Assembly (NCBI RefSeq): GCF_041260155.1
Contig: NC_091947.1
Location: forward strand, 31,834,780 to 31,898,779
Reading direction: 5' to 3'
Source of the DNA: Ptychodera flava
Lineage: Eukaryota
Length of the DNA: 64,000 nucleotides
Shown: positions 37,671 to 49,886 of the stretch, piece by piece
Numbering within the stretch: the first letter of the stretch is position 1
How the letters are laid out: each line of letters starts with the position of its first letter
Translations under genes and position numbers: made by a program
The notes under the pieces: generated by a model
What the model was told of the DNA's origin: nothing
Seen by the model: only the letters and a program-made list of their open reading frames with translations
The model's database searches: none

Positions 37671-40600
37671 TAAGATCTTCAGCATAGTCAGTGAAGTGGA
37701 ACTTGAGACTCTCTTCACTGGCTGTATGTCTGCAGTACCTGTCTCGTTTCAATTTATTCTGCTATAAAAGGAGTAGAGAACAGCCTGTCCTTTCAAGAAT
37801 GATTGCAAGATGGACATTTGCCGACCACTCTTCGCGTTTTCAACTAAATAAAAACACAGCTACGGACCTGACGAATACTTTTCCACGGTATATTTTTCAT
37901 AATTTAATCGTCATATTAGTGTTGGCCTCAAAAGTCCCGGAGTCATTGCGCTAAAAATAAACGACTGTCACACACTGGTATCATACATATGCGAAATGAC
38001 AATAAGGCCAAAAATAGGATTGTTTCTGGTCATCGAGCGCGTCATTTCAAAACCTGCGCCTTATGTCTTTCTTTGGTTACATACTCATCAGTACAGCTAT
38101 CCTTGATATCCCCGCTGCACATCAAAAATGCTAAAAAGAAAACGGAAGTATTATGCAGCCAGTGATAAAAGACAATAAATGTTGCATCAACTGGCATTGC
38201 TAGGTAAAAAAAAAAGAAAAAAAAAAAAAAACCGTTTTGCTGAATGTCAAGGACCAGAACCAATTTATTTTTGCCTAATATTGAGTACAATAATATTCGA
38301 TAATATATGGATATCATTTACTGCCACGTCCTTCGGGCGATTTGTGCGGTCATAATGCCATAAATCGACGCCATCTTCACACGTTTGCCGAGACGATCAC
38401 GCCCAGGCAGAGTGCGCTACGTGCTAAACGGCTCGCCGACCGGACAGGACCGGACGCGTGGCAGATTATGCCATCGTGTGTACTCGATGATAACATTAAT
38501 TATATCATTGAAAAGTGATATTATACGAAATTTTATAGATGTATCGTCCTGTCTGACAGTCATTATAAAGCTAAAAAGCAATCTGCAAGTGTGTTGACCA
38601 AAGCAACTGATGTAAAACAAAAGAATGTTTTTTATGTTGTTGTTTTTTTTTTATCCCATGGAAACCGTATTCCGATGTTGAATATGGATAAGGTAGTCAA
38701 ACATTTACCGCCGCGCGTTCGTTTGCAATTTCGCAACAATGAATGGCGTTGTGCACAAATTGTGCATAAACTGCGATTTTACATTTGTGATGCTCTGCAG
38801 GGTTGCCGTCGCGTTCAATGGCTCTAGCTCTAGATGAACGTCAAGCGTTTTAACGTAGGAATATCAGCTGCTCCAAGGACATGTAGTCATTGTTGAGAAG
38901 TCTTTTCGCCACGAATATATTATAATGGCTAGGATTTAGTTTCACTTTCAAACGCTATATTAGAAATTTTTCACCGAAGTGGCAATTTGACTGATTGCGA
39001 AATCTGTACCTGTGGAGCTCATAAACCCCATTAAGGCTAACAGCAATTACGGTTACAGGAAAATACGAGAGCGTTGAATAAAGCCACCTGCATGACCTGG
39101 CTTGGATCATAGACAGTGAAGCGCATCTACCGTCTATGCTTCGATTAGTTGTGAGGTATATCTGTAAATTTAGAACGATGACAACGAAATTCAACCATTA
39201 TCTCATTTCTGCCGCCAATGCTATGACCTACCTACCACCGAAGATAAATTCAGTCACAGTCTATAACAGTCGCTTATGGTTCCCATACACGGGGAAGGCC
39301 GCCTTTCAGCGGCCTTTGAAGCCCTGCTTAAGATCTTGTGTTCACGGCGATGTACGGACTGTGGTGGGAGGCCGTACAACAACCGGAACATACAGCATCG
39401 CACTAAGGGCTAGGGCCCACAAGCGACATTGAGTTTAGTTACATCACAGCTGGCCTGACGGACCACAGGTATGGAAACGTGCTGCATGCAAAACATCTGT
39501 AACAAATGCGGCCCCTCTGAAGTTGGAGGCTGGCAACCCAAGAAATGTAGAAAACCAACATATTACGATATGTATGATACATTACCTTGGTTTTAACAAC
39601 GATAACCGGCATGATTGACAAGATTGAATAGCACTCCTTGTCTTTAAGAATAGTTTCTGATAACAACTATGGGTTAACAAGACTTATATAGTCTGACAAA
39701 ACGAAAGAGGTAGGCTGCTGACGCCGCTAATTGGATGACAGAGGAAAACCCTAGTCATGCCATGGTACTACCTAGGCACATGGAAAATATTTGCAAAGTT
39801 ACCAACCGGTATCCCAGGGCGGCGGCCTTAAGGGCGAACCTTTCAACTTATAGGGGAGGGCCCGTAGAATCTTGGAACAGAACATTACTTCTGCTATGAT
39901 AAAATTTGCTAGCTCTGTCTTCGGGTACAAATGTATTATTTCGAACCTTTTCCCCGATTTCCCCGCCATTTTACTAATTTAGTATATCATATCTTTCCAA
40001 GGCTGATCGAGGCCTTTCCGGGAACATTAAAAAATCTTAAATATTATAAGTTGTTTCTTATGGTAATTGACAAGCAGTTTATCTTTCTAAATTTTTCGAT
40101 CCTCTATTACAAATATTCACAACCTTATTTCCCTACGCCGTGAAATTATGTCGTCAGAAAAGGCAAAATACGATATTTGAACACCAACGCACTGATATGA
40201 AGTTTTTCTGGTATGTTCAATATCTGAAACTATTCGTCCCAGAGTCAAAGCAAATGTGCACATTTCGAGCGATATGGGGTGAACTATTTGATATATTTGG
40301 GGGTCTGGAAGATTGAATGGGAACTACTTTTCCTCCCTGCTTCACTTGGAACTTTTTTCAACTGTGCCAATTCCATTTCTTATCTGGCAACTTTACTTTT
40401 CGCCTTTTCTCCCAGAGGAATATTTTTTTCCGCGCGCATGCACGCACAAAATGCCAGAATAATTGTTCTTTTTGTTGGGATTTTTTTCTTTACAAAACTT
40501 TAAACTTTTATTGACAAGCTATGGTAAGCTTGACCTATAATTGTAACAACAATGGACAACTGATATTCAGTGCAGGCTATGTTGACAAGCTGAATTGAGT

Positions 40601-40885
40601 ATTCAAGCATGTTTTAGGGAGAATCTGAAGAAGAAGCAAATCAAATAAAGAATACTACTGAATGTGTCCAATTGAAAAAACTGTGTACATGAAAAACAAA
40701 AGGAAGAGTTTGAGTTCAAATATTAATCATAAGAGGGCCTTAAGATCTGATTAAAAAAGCATGAAGTCTGCTTAAAATGGGACGCCCGAACGGCGCTGAA
40801 AATGAAAAGTAATAACTGAAAGTAACTGCCAGTGCATAATTATGTTTTCATATCTATTTGCAATTTTTTTTAGTTAATTTTTATT

Positions 40886-42658
40886 TTACTGCCATCCTTG
40901 GCTGGATTTTGTTTTTGGAGGTAACCTCTAATTCTTGGAATCTCCCCAAAATCATCAAGACCCCCCACGGACATTAAATGGTCCCCCCTAAAGCAGATGA
41001 CAAAAATTTCATGACCCCCCCCCACACACACACACATTGCTTGTGTAAAGCTGCACACACAAAGACCTCGGGGCGGGGTATGGAGTGATAGAATCTAAAA
41101 AAAAAAGATCTTAGATTTTCTCAAATGACCTTCCTTACAAACTCACAAGGTGTTAATGCTCAGATTTCCCCTTCTAACTCGTTATAATTTTGAAATTACC
41201 CCTTACAGGGGTTGGACAGAAATTACAGGTGGATAGCAATATTTTTGCGCAAGCGTGTGTTTACAAAATTTTGATATTTGGATTTTTAATTGAAAATCAG
41301 CTGTTGATAATGTTGATTCACTATACATGGTAATGTATGAGAAAATTATGTAATACTTTTTCAATGCAAAACTATATCTAGGATGCATTTATAGATATTT
41401 GATAATTTACATAAATGTACTTAAATGAAATAGGGTTGTTACAACTGGCATGTGGACAAAATGTTTGACTTTAGAATTTCATCAAAAATGTTCATCCACT
41501 ATACATGGGAGTCAATGATAAAGTTGTGAATAATTTTTTTTCCAATGAAATACTTGGTATACTTTTGCATATACAGACGTTCAATGATTAACATAATTGT
41601 ACTTGATTAGAATATGATGGTTAAAGGTGCATATTATGTGTACAAGAAATCTGATTATGGAATTTCACTGAAAATGTTTATCCACTACACATGGGAGTCT
41701 GTGAGGATAGTATGAATATTTTTTTCCGATACAAAAATAGGTAAACCCGTGTATTTATGCACTGTCGATTATTGATATTAATGTACTTGATTAGATTAGA
41801 TTAGGGTGGTAACAAATGGATGTGTTTGTCAGAAATTGGATTTTGGAATTATACCAAAATGTAGATTCACTGTACATGGGAGTCTATGAGGAAACTATGA
41901 ATAATTTTTTTCCAATACAAAACTATCAAAATCTGTGTATTTATAGACATTTGATAATTCATTTTAAAGTACTTAGTTAGCCTAGGATGGTTAAAGGTTG
42001 ATATGTGTGCAAGAAATTAGATTTTGGAATTTCACCAAATTGTTGATTCGCTATACATTGGATTCAATAAGAAACTAAGACTAATTTTTTTACAATGCTA
42101 AACAAAATTAATTTGTGCTTTTATAGCTGTTTGATAATTGATACGAATGTACTTGATTCCAATAGGGTATTTGAAAGTTCAGATGTGGACAACAATTATG
42201 ATATTGGAATTTCATCTAAAAGTATTATTTAACTTTTCATGGTAGTAGTTTCAGTACAGGTAACTGTTAAAGAACTTTACCTGACAAAACTTGCTATACC
42301 TCTAATATGTAAGTAATAGGAATTGTTCATTGCCCTCAGTGAGCTCGATTTACAATAAGACAAGCCTCAGAGTTGCCAAGTCAAGATGTTCATGTGACAG
42401 ATAATTATACTTTTGTTCAGATTTACAGTTGAATAACTTCAGAGAATGAAATCATGCAACGAATCATTTTTATCTCCCAGAATATTTCTGAACACTGAAA
42501 CTGCTTTTTGACGGGACGGATACTTATGAAAATTAAGTGACCCCCCCCTCTGAGCTGTTTGAAAAATACATGACCCCCCCCCTTTGCAGTTTTCAAATTT
42601 GAGGTGACCTCCCTGGATTTTGCCGGCCACCCCCGGCCATAATAACTGAACGCTCCCT
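40886..42658. mobile_element. MITE-like element carrying an internal satellite array
   Basis: The right TIR CGGCCACCCCCGGCCATAATAACTGAACGCTCCCT (42617-42658) matches the inverted sequence at 9435. Subterminal GACCCCCCC and TGACCCCCCCC motifs occur at both ends, and 40886-40920 pairs with 42590-42620 (GGAGGTAACCTC with GAGGTGACCTCC). Confidence 0.6.
41190..42240. repeat. ~181-bp tandem satellite, at least 5 units, inside the MITE
   Basis: The landmark C(A/G)CTATACATGG recurs at 41321, 41500, 41682, 41862 and 42047, spaced 179-185 bp. Units are about 75-85% identical. Confidence 0.8.
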
Positions 42659-42743
42659 AATTACATAATGTCTAATTTAAGGCAGGTGATAGAATCATGT
42701 CGTCAGTCATAAACTATTTGCCAACGTTGCAATATTGACCTGA

Positions 42744-43930
42744 TCGTTAAGTGGGTCAGGGCTATTTTTGAGTTGGTGACTTATCTGCGTTCTTGTTTTG
42801 TAATCTTATTGCTCATTGGTATTGTTTTTAGGCGAAAGTTGTGAAAGGAAAACAAACAAACAAACAAATAAACTAATAACGAAATTGCCGTATTTCTCTC
42901 GGAGTTGTACGCTAAACGCTGAGTGAAGGCCAACTCTAAGGTTTGCTTTATGTTTTGGAAGATGGCAACACTAACAATGACAATAACTTCATGTACACTA
43001 TTGTCGGTAGATGATCAGAATACAAGAGAAGTTGGCCAGTAACGAGCTCGGCCAGTGGGAGAACTCGGCCAGTAGGCGAACTCAGCCAGCAGGAGTATGC
43101 AACCACTTAGAACGTAAGATCCACATTGTACTTCCATTTTTAAGGTAGCTACATACCTTTCAGACACTTTCAGATTTTTATTTTTTCTCAATTGAACATG
43201 TCCCAAACCCCAATAAAGTATACATTTCCTGAAAGCCCTGATATAGAGCTATCCGACCAAGCACAGTACACGGTCATCATTTGCATAGGAGTCACGTGAC
43301 AAGCGTTTTTCTGAACCTTCCAAAAACCTGTTTTTCCCGCCTTATGCGAACACGCTGCAAGATTTCCGGGGAATTTCTTCATTGACAAGCCTTGACAATA
43401 TCCTTCAAAATCGTGTCTTGGATTTTCTTTGTATGCCTTTGTTTTTTTAATGCGCTCTTAAAGATGTTAGATAAGGTGCTTTTCAAGGAATTTTAATTAT
43501 CACGCCATATATTTGAATGGAGCCTCCGGGAAAAAATCGCAGACACGGTTTTGAAGGATATTGTCAAGGCTTGTCAATGAAGAAATTCTAACCGGAAACG
43601 GAAATCTTGCAACGTGTTTGCATAAGGCGGGAAAACCGGTTTTTGAAGCTTCAGCAAACGCTTGTCACGTGACTCTTATGCAAATAATGACCGTGTACTG
43701 TACTTGGTCGGATAGCTCTATATCAGGGCTTTCAGAAAATGTATACTTTATTGGGGTTTGGGACGTGTTCAATTGAGAAAAAAATAAAAATCTGAAAGTG
43801 TCTAAAAGGTACGTAGCTACCTTAAGTTCCGCTAAAGTTCTAATGCAAAAGCAATATCGATGTCATGCATGAGCGTAATGCTTGCTAACTTCCCAGTTCA
43901 CGCACATACGCGTGTCCCAACTACACATAA
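42744..43930. repeat. Repeat family B copy 2, interrupted by a foldback element
   Basis: It is collinear with 1830-2330 apart from the 678-bp insertion at 43144-43821. Confidence 0.65.
43144..43821. mobile_element. TTAA-flanked foldback element with ~270-bp inverted arms and a ~125-bp spacer
   Basis: The arms 43144-43410 and 43535-43821 are near-perfect reverse complements, with termini GGTAGCTACATACC...GGTACGTAGCTACC. TTAA lies at 43140-43143 and 43822-43825. The paralogous empty site at 2195-2205 reads TTTTAAGGTCCGC. Confidence 0.7.
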
Positions 43931-44365
43931 TATACGTGCTACTGAGTACATGAGTGACTGAATATCCTATTTGCTCAACGTAAGTGTTGAATTGCGGTGA
44001 AAAATCCGCGTCGTTACTTGTTACAAAACTTAATTACAATGAAATCCCATTTAATATTCAAGGCTTAGAACCTTGCTGTGTTTAGACATTAAATGCCACA
44101 TGTCAGTTTTGTACAGCAACTATCTGGTATCGAGAGTTGTACACGATATCAACCTAATAGTTTCTACTCTCTGAACTGAACTAAACTGAATTGAGAAGAT
44201 ACGAATCATTCGAAGCATAGTCAACAACAAACTAGGAAATTGAGAAGGTTAAATTTACATTACGCCATGCATGTAAGTCACGTTTTGAGATTTTTCAATT
44301 TAGTTCCCGGCAGTCATATGTATAAACAGCACTAAAGGACTTTTTTGATCTGTCCATGTCCCTCT

Positions 44366-44414
<49 letters not shown>

Positions 44415-44510
44415 GTCTGTGTCAGCGCTGTCTTTTTGCATAACTATCTGTTCAACGTAAATACATTCCAGCATTGACCATCTTGTAGTCTTTGATCAGA
44501 TGCATGTAAA
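43921..44510. repeat. Repeat family C copy 2, with (CTGT)n at 44370-44415
   Basis: It is collinear with 4960-5690. Confidence 0.7.
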
Positions 44511-44579
44511 GTGGAGGTGCCCAACGTCCACTGTGAGGTCAGTTAACATATCTTTTCATGTTTGATGTTTGATGTTTAC

Positions 44580-47500
44580 ATCTATCAACTGCGCCTGCAT
44601 CACTTCATGACCATATATGGTGATGTTTATGGCTCGACTGATCACTGCCGACCTATAACATTCCCGTACGTGCAAATAAACCTAGCATGAGTCAGACACA
44701 CCTTTACAGGTGGATGGCATAGGGACCTTCAGGGAGCACACCATAAGATAATCTGGGGGTGGTCATTGTATAGATATGCGAATTTTGCGTTCAATGATTT
44801 GGGATATATTTTCAGAGCATGGATACCTTTTCCATTGGAAATCAAAATTATTTTACTTTGCAATCATATGAATTCTTCTTGAGTAAAAGCGACGAGGCTG
44901 AAAAATGATAATTCACATTTCCCCTCCTGATATGAAGTTGATGAAGTCTGCTAACATTTCCACATTTCGACTAACCGTCCAAAGGTGTTAGTATTTCAGT
45001 CGCAGCATTTCAATTAGCCTTCCTCATGTTTGATAACTTTAAGTCACCAAACTTTGTAAAACTCGTTCTCAGTTTCTTTGAGTTAAAACTGTACCTGCTG
45101 TATAGTCTGGGTCCTTAAAATGGCCTGATTAGGGACAAATGTTTTTGGAAGGTCCTCAAATTTTGCTTACAAATGATATTGCATTCGAGTTATGTTCAAA
45201 ATTATGAATAATTGATGACAATTTGTCAGGTCAGCTCCGTATATATTTATTCAGAATCAATGACCAAGGAGAGAAAAGAGTATTAAAAGAATATCGGCTT
45301 CAATAAAATGTGAAAAGTTCTAGAGTCATTTTCTAAGTACTTTGCCGATAAAATCTTCAAGAAACAGAAACAAATAATAAAACACTTATTTGTTACATTC
45401 AATACTTAATAAATTCAACAAACCTGGCCGTGTATTGCAATCCGAATCGAAAAATCAGCTGTGCGTAACGCAATATAGACTGAAAACACATGGAGGAAGG
45501 GCTTCTCATCTATGACTCCGCAGGTTTTGCTGTACAACTTAATGCTTGTCGAATGTCACATCCTTACCATGTGACATTCGACAAGCATCCACTGTGAACA
45601 GCTCCAAGCATAAATTAAAGATTCATTTTGTTTACCAAGGCATATAATGTACATTGAACACGATTGGAATTAATTTGGGAGAATAGGATACACGTGTAGT
45701 AGTAATGTTGGTTTAGTCAGCACATTCAAGCTCATCTACTTTTCTTTTTTTGCAACTTTCAGCTATAGGGCACCGAACACTTTTGATATAGAATTGAACA
45801 ATTGAAAGATCCTATTTTCCCAAATTAGTTCCAATCGTGTATTGACTCAACCTGACTCCTGAGACTAACATTGCCTATTTATTTTGTCGCTTTATAGATA
45901 TTTTTGATTGACTGTCAACAAATGTCAACGACATTGACGATACTTAAATCTTCCTCGAAGGAAGTTTTGTCTCCTTTATTATGATGTCCAAACAGTGGTT
46001 TTGAAGTGCCACATGGACTTCTCTACTATCATATGTTTCGCACAAATGTACAATGTCATACAATTTTATGCGGGCCGAGTTGTGTCTATTAATATATTTT
46101 AGGGATGTACATATCCGAAATGGATTTGACCTCAGTGTCCATGACCAGAATACAATGACATGATTATGAACAGAGAGAGAACGTATTTGATATTTGACCA
46201 ACTTCCATGTCCACTTCAAGCAACGCATTTCAAGAACTCCTTTAAGCATATTCATATTTGTCAAGACCATACCATGTCTCCTGAGTCATCACGGAGGCAT
46301 TGTGGAAACATGAAAAGAGCAATGAAGGTTAACAGTAGAAAACTAAGTCGTGCACCAGCGTCTCGAATAGACCCAACGTGAACACATTCCCTCGGTATCA
46401 GCGGGGGACACACTTCATGAAATCTGTGATATGCAGGTCGGTGTCTATGTATCTACAGTAGTAGAACAACACGTCAACGCAATGACACATTTAGACTTTT
46501 TATAGCCAATAAATCTTCCGACTTATTTTGTGAAGGTGTGTTCTTTCGTCGAATGACACGGGCAGCCGTACAAGCACGAGGTATATTGCGCCTCGAAGAC
46601 ATATTAGGACTCTCCAAATTTTACAATTCTGTTTTGGTCTACCACTTGTCGGGGCTCATTTTGAAGCCCATACAGTCGGTAAAATTTTTACCTGCTTAGT
46701 TTTGTGAAAATTAGGGATGGAGTGGAATGTATTGCCGCCTAGCGCTGGTTTGAAGAATGACATTTCAACAGTTACAAGTAGGACAGTGCCTCCGTGGCCA
46801 TCACATAAAGAAGAACCCACGCCCGCGCGATATAACCTTTTGTGACAGTATAGGTCATAACTCATGGCAACCATTGTGAAGTAATTACAAGTTTCGTTAC
46901 AGACTCGCATGGGAAAGAGCATATCTTCACGACCATATAGAGTAACTTAGCTTTCATCATCTAAACGACGAGGTATGACCTTTGTATGACGTGACTGACT
47001 TCAGTAAATTACTTGAAGGTGGTGAGAGGAAAAGCGTAAATGAGTGTCAGTCTTTCAATCCATGCCATTTTAGAATGAGGATTGATAATGCAAATAAAAA
47101 TAGCCGTTTTTCCTTACATATACTCTTCTTTCTAGTGAGATATTACATTTCAGAAAATAGCGTCAAGTATTTTACTAAAATTAATTTTTATCATTAATAC
47201 CAAACTTAAGGTTTTTTACCCCAAATATACACCCACTTCATCCTTCAAGTAAACTACTGCTATCATACTAAACTTCAAAGTCTCTGCTTTTGAAAATATA
47301 TGGTATGAGGGGGTTTCCTTATCATCTTTGATGAGAAATATTGCTTTGAAAAAAAACTGTTGGCAACATGCAGCTTCACCTTAACATGAGGCTCTGCTCT
47401 TGTCAAGATCATATGTATGACGATGGCAACAATTTTGCCACTGTTCAGCATGCTATACGCAACTGGTATAGCAAGTTACTTCATGAATTTGCCTAACATT

Positions 47501-49880
47501 GTTATTAAAACGTATTTTGGAGTTAAGTACATTCAGCATTAAAAAGTATGTCATCATGTAAAGTATGGTATAGTATTACACAAGATGGAAGTTTCGTATT
47601 ATTTATTTCTTAATACACATCACTCAGGTAGTTCTGCGCATTTTAGAAGTCACAGACTTAAACTCGTTTAGTTGAAAACAAGAATTCCAATTCCGAAAAT
47701 AGTTTAAAGGTGTTTACTATTTTGATGAAATAATGAAGGGGCAAATGTCTACTTTGATATTGGAGCATTTAACCATTCTAATGAAAGCTTGATGTACAAG
47801 TCAGTCTCATTAAAATCTGAACCAAGATCACCGACCACAATATGTCTTAATCAGTGCCACCGTATTCACCATCAATCGCTCCACTGCTTGTATCGCCCTT
47901 CAGTGAACCATCTGAATAGGAAAGACAACGTGTTCGGCATGTTCGCCTGGCCCAAGCCCGGCATCCGCATAGCCACTCGGTTATGCTTGCCGACATGTAC
48001 AATAAGATCATGTACCGCGATTCTTTATTGAATAGACAAGTCGTATAGTGGTATATGCCGAGCGCCTGTGCTCTCTCTAGTGAACCATCTAATTAGCAAA
48101 GACATCCATTGGTTTCAATTTCGTCACCTTTTGGCATTTCAGATACAAGCAGTATGTAAAATTGTTGTGGAATTTTTCTATTTCTCGGAATTTCAACCCA
48201 GTGAAGGTATATTAATACGGCATCAAATCAATTCCAGCAATCGTTATCATTCAAGGCAAGTAAATCACCAGGTCCAAGAAACAATACAAAATAAACACTG
48301 ACAAAGTCAATAGTGCAATCTCGAACCACTAGTTGTGGTACCAGGTGTCCAAAATGGGTAAGCAAGATTGAACTAAAGTGGTAATTCAGCTAGCTGCCAA
48401 ATTATTGCTGTGAGTTAAGCCAGGATTATTGTCTCTTATCATCTGAGTAACAGATGTGACATATTTGGATTTAAGATCTCCATATCTACCACGGAAGTTC
48501 TTATAAATGAGCTACCCAACCCACTCTGTTAAAATCTCCGTCTCATTATCTTCAATACTTAAAAGTTGTGTCTGACTTGAAAGTCTTCATATGATCACAA
48601 GCTCTACAGTATCTCAGGAGTTGTAAAATGTATACACCATAAGCTAGACCATACGACCGACTAAATATTACTGATTAAGTAAGGAAAGTTATTGCTTTCA
48701 AAATTAAAATCGTCCTGTTTGTCATACAGCTCAGCGTGCGACTTAGGCCTATTTTGTCGAATTAAAAAAACAGATCAAGATATGACGCTGAGCCCACACT
48801 TTCTGTTGTTTCTTTTATTTCTAATTCATCTTGATAGATGTGATGGAGGTAGTTATGATCATTCTCGTTGCTCAGAAAGCAAGTTCCTTCATCACTCCAT
48901 AGCATTAGAGGGTAAAAGTTCGAGTTTCGTTACGAAAACGAAAGGTTACGAGATTAAAGGTCATGCACAATGGACAAAGAGTCGAAAATGCAGTCAGACC
49001 ATATATGGCATAGACATACACCTCAATCGTCGGAGGGGACACATACCAACAGCAATGTATGCGTGAATGAGTACAGGGGACATGACCAGCAATAACACGA
49101 ATACCGAAACCAAATATTGAACAGTTGTCCTTTGTTCTTATACAGCTGTACGTCTACGTCTAACATCCATGTCGCTAGGGACTTTTGTGAGGCTGTTTTA
49201 TAAACATTTAAAGGTGTGGTTGCATTAAAATGCTTTCCCTTTAAAATGGTGTGTGTAGGATTTTATTTGTGTGGATCATAAAGTCTTACAAATTTACGTG
49301 AAACTGTGAGAAAACTCTTCATTACACCTACACAGGTATGATACCGTAACTGAACTGCAAGTCATCTTCATTTGGGAGCCATTCACACTGAAAGCCGTCA
49401 AATTAACTGTCCCGTATACATTGGTCTGCTTGGCTTCCAGCTTTGACTCAAGAACGCTGACACACTTAACGCAGAACGGCGCGGTATGTTGTTAGGTCGG
49501 AGTATCCATGTGACACTCGACAAGCATCCACTGTGAACAGCTCCAAGCATAAATTAAAGATTCAGTTTGTTTACCAAGGCATACAATGTACATTGAACAC
49601 GATTGGAATAGATTTGGGAGAATAGGATACACATGTAGTAGTGGTGCTGGTTTAATCAGCAAATTCAAGCTCATCTACTGTTCTTTTTTTGCAACTTTCA
49701 GCTATAGGGCACCGAACACTTTTGATATTGAAATTTAACAATTGAAAGATCCTATTTTCCCAAATTAGTTCCAATCGTGTATTGACTCAACCTGACCCCT
49801 GAGACTAACATTGCGTATTGGTTTTGTCGCTTTATAAATATTTTTGATTGACTGTCAACAAATATCAACGACATTAGTGA
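44580..49880. repeat. Mosaic of repeat families D (44580-45960), E (45950-46560 and 48700-49500), F-related segments (46700-48300) and a D tail (49500-49880)
   Basis: Blocks are collinear with 17440-22740. ORFs in these blocks are not conserved between copies. Confidence 0.6.
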
Positions 49881-49886
49881 TACTTA

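Noticed and set aside
37655-37705. A possible thioredoxin first exon ATGCTGAAGATCTTAG|gtacgg on the minus strand
   Set aside because: It lies on the transposon terminus, its phase is incompatible with the next exon, the donor is weak, and the peptide is not MVKxIESK-like.
41190-42240. The regularly spaced repeats, considered as a possible CRISPR-like array
   Set aside because: This is a eukaryotic locus. The units are ~181 bp, mutually diverged and lack a unique-spacer structure, so this is a satellite.
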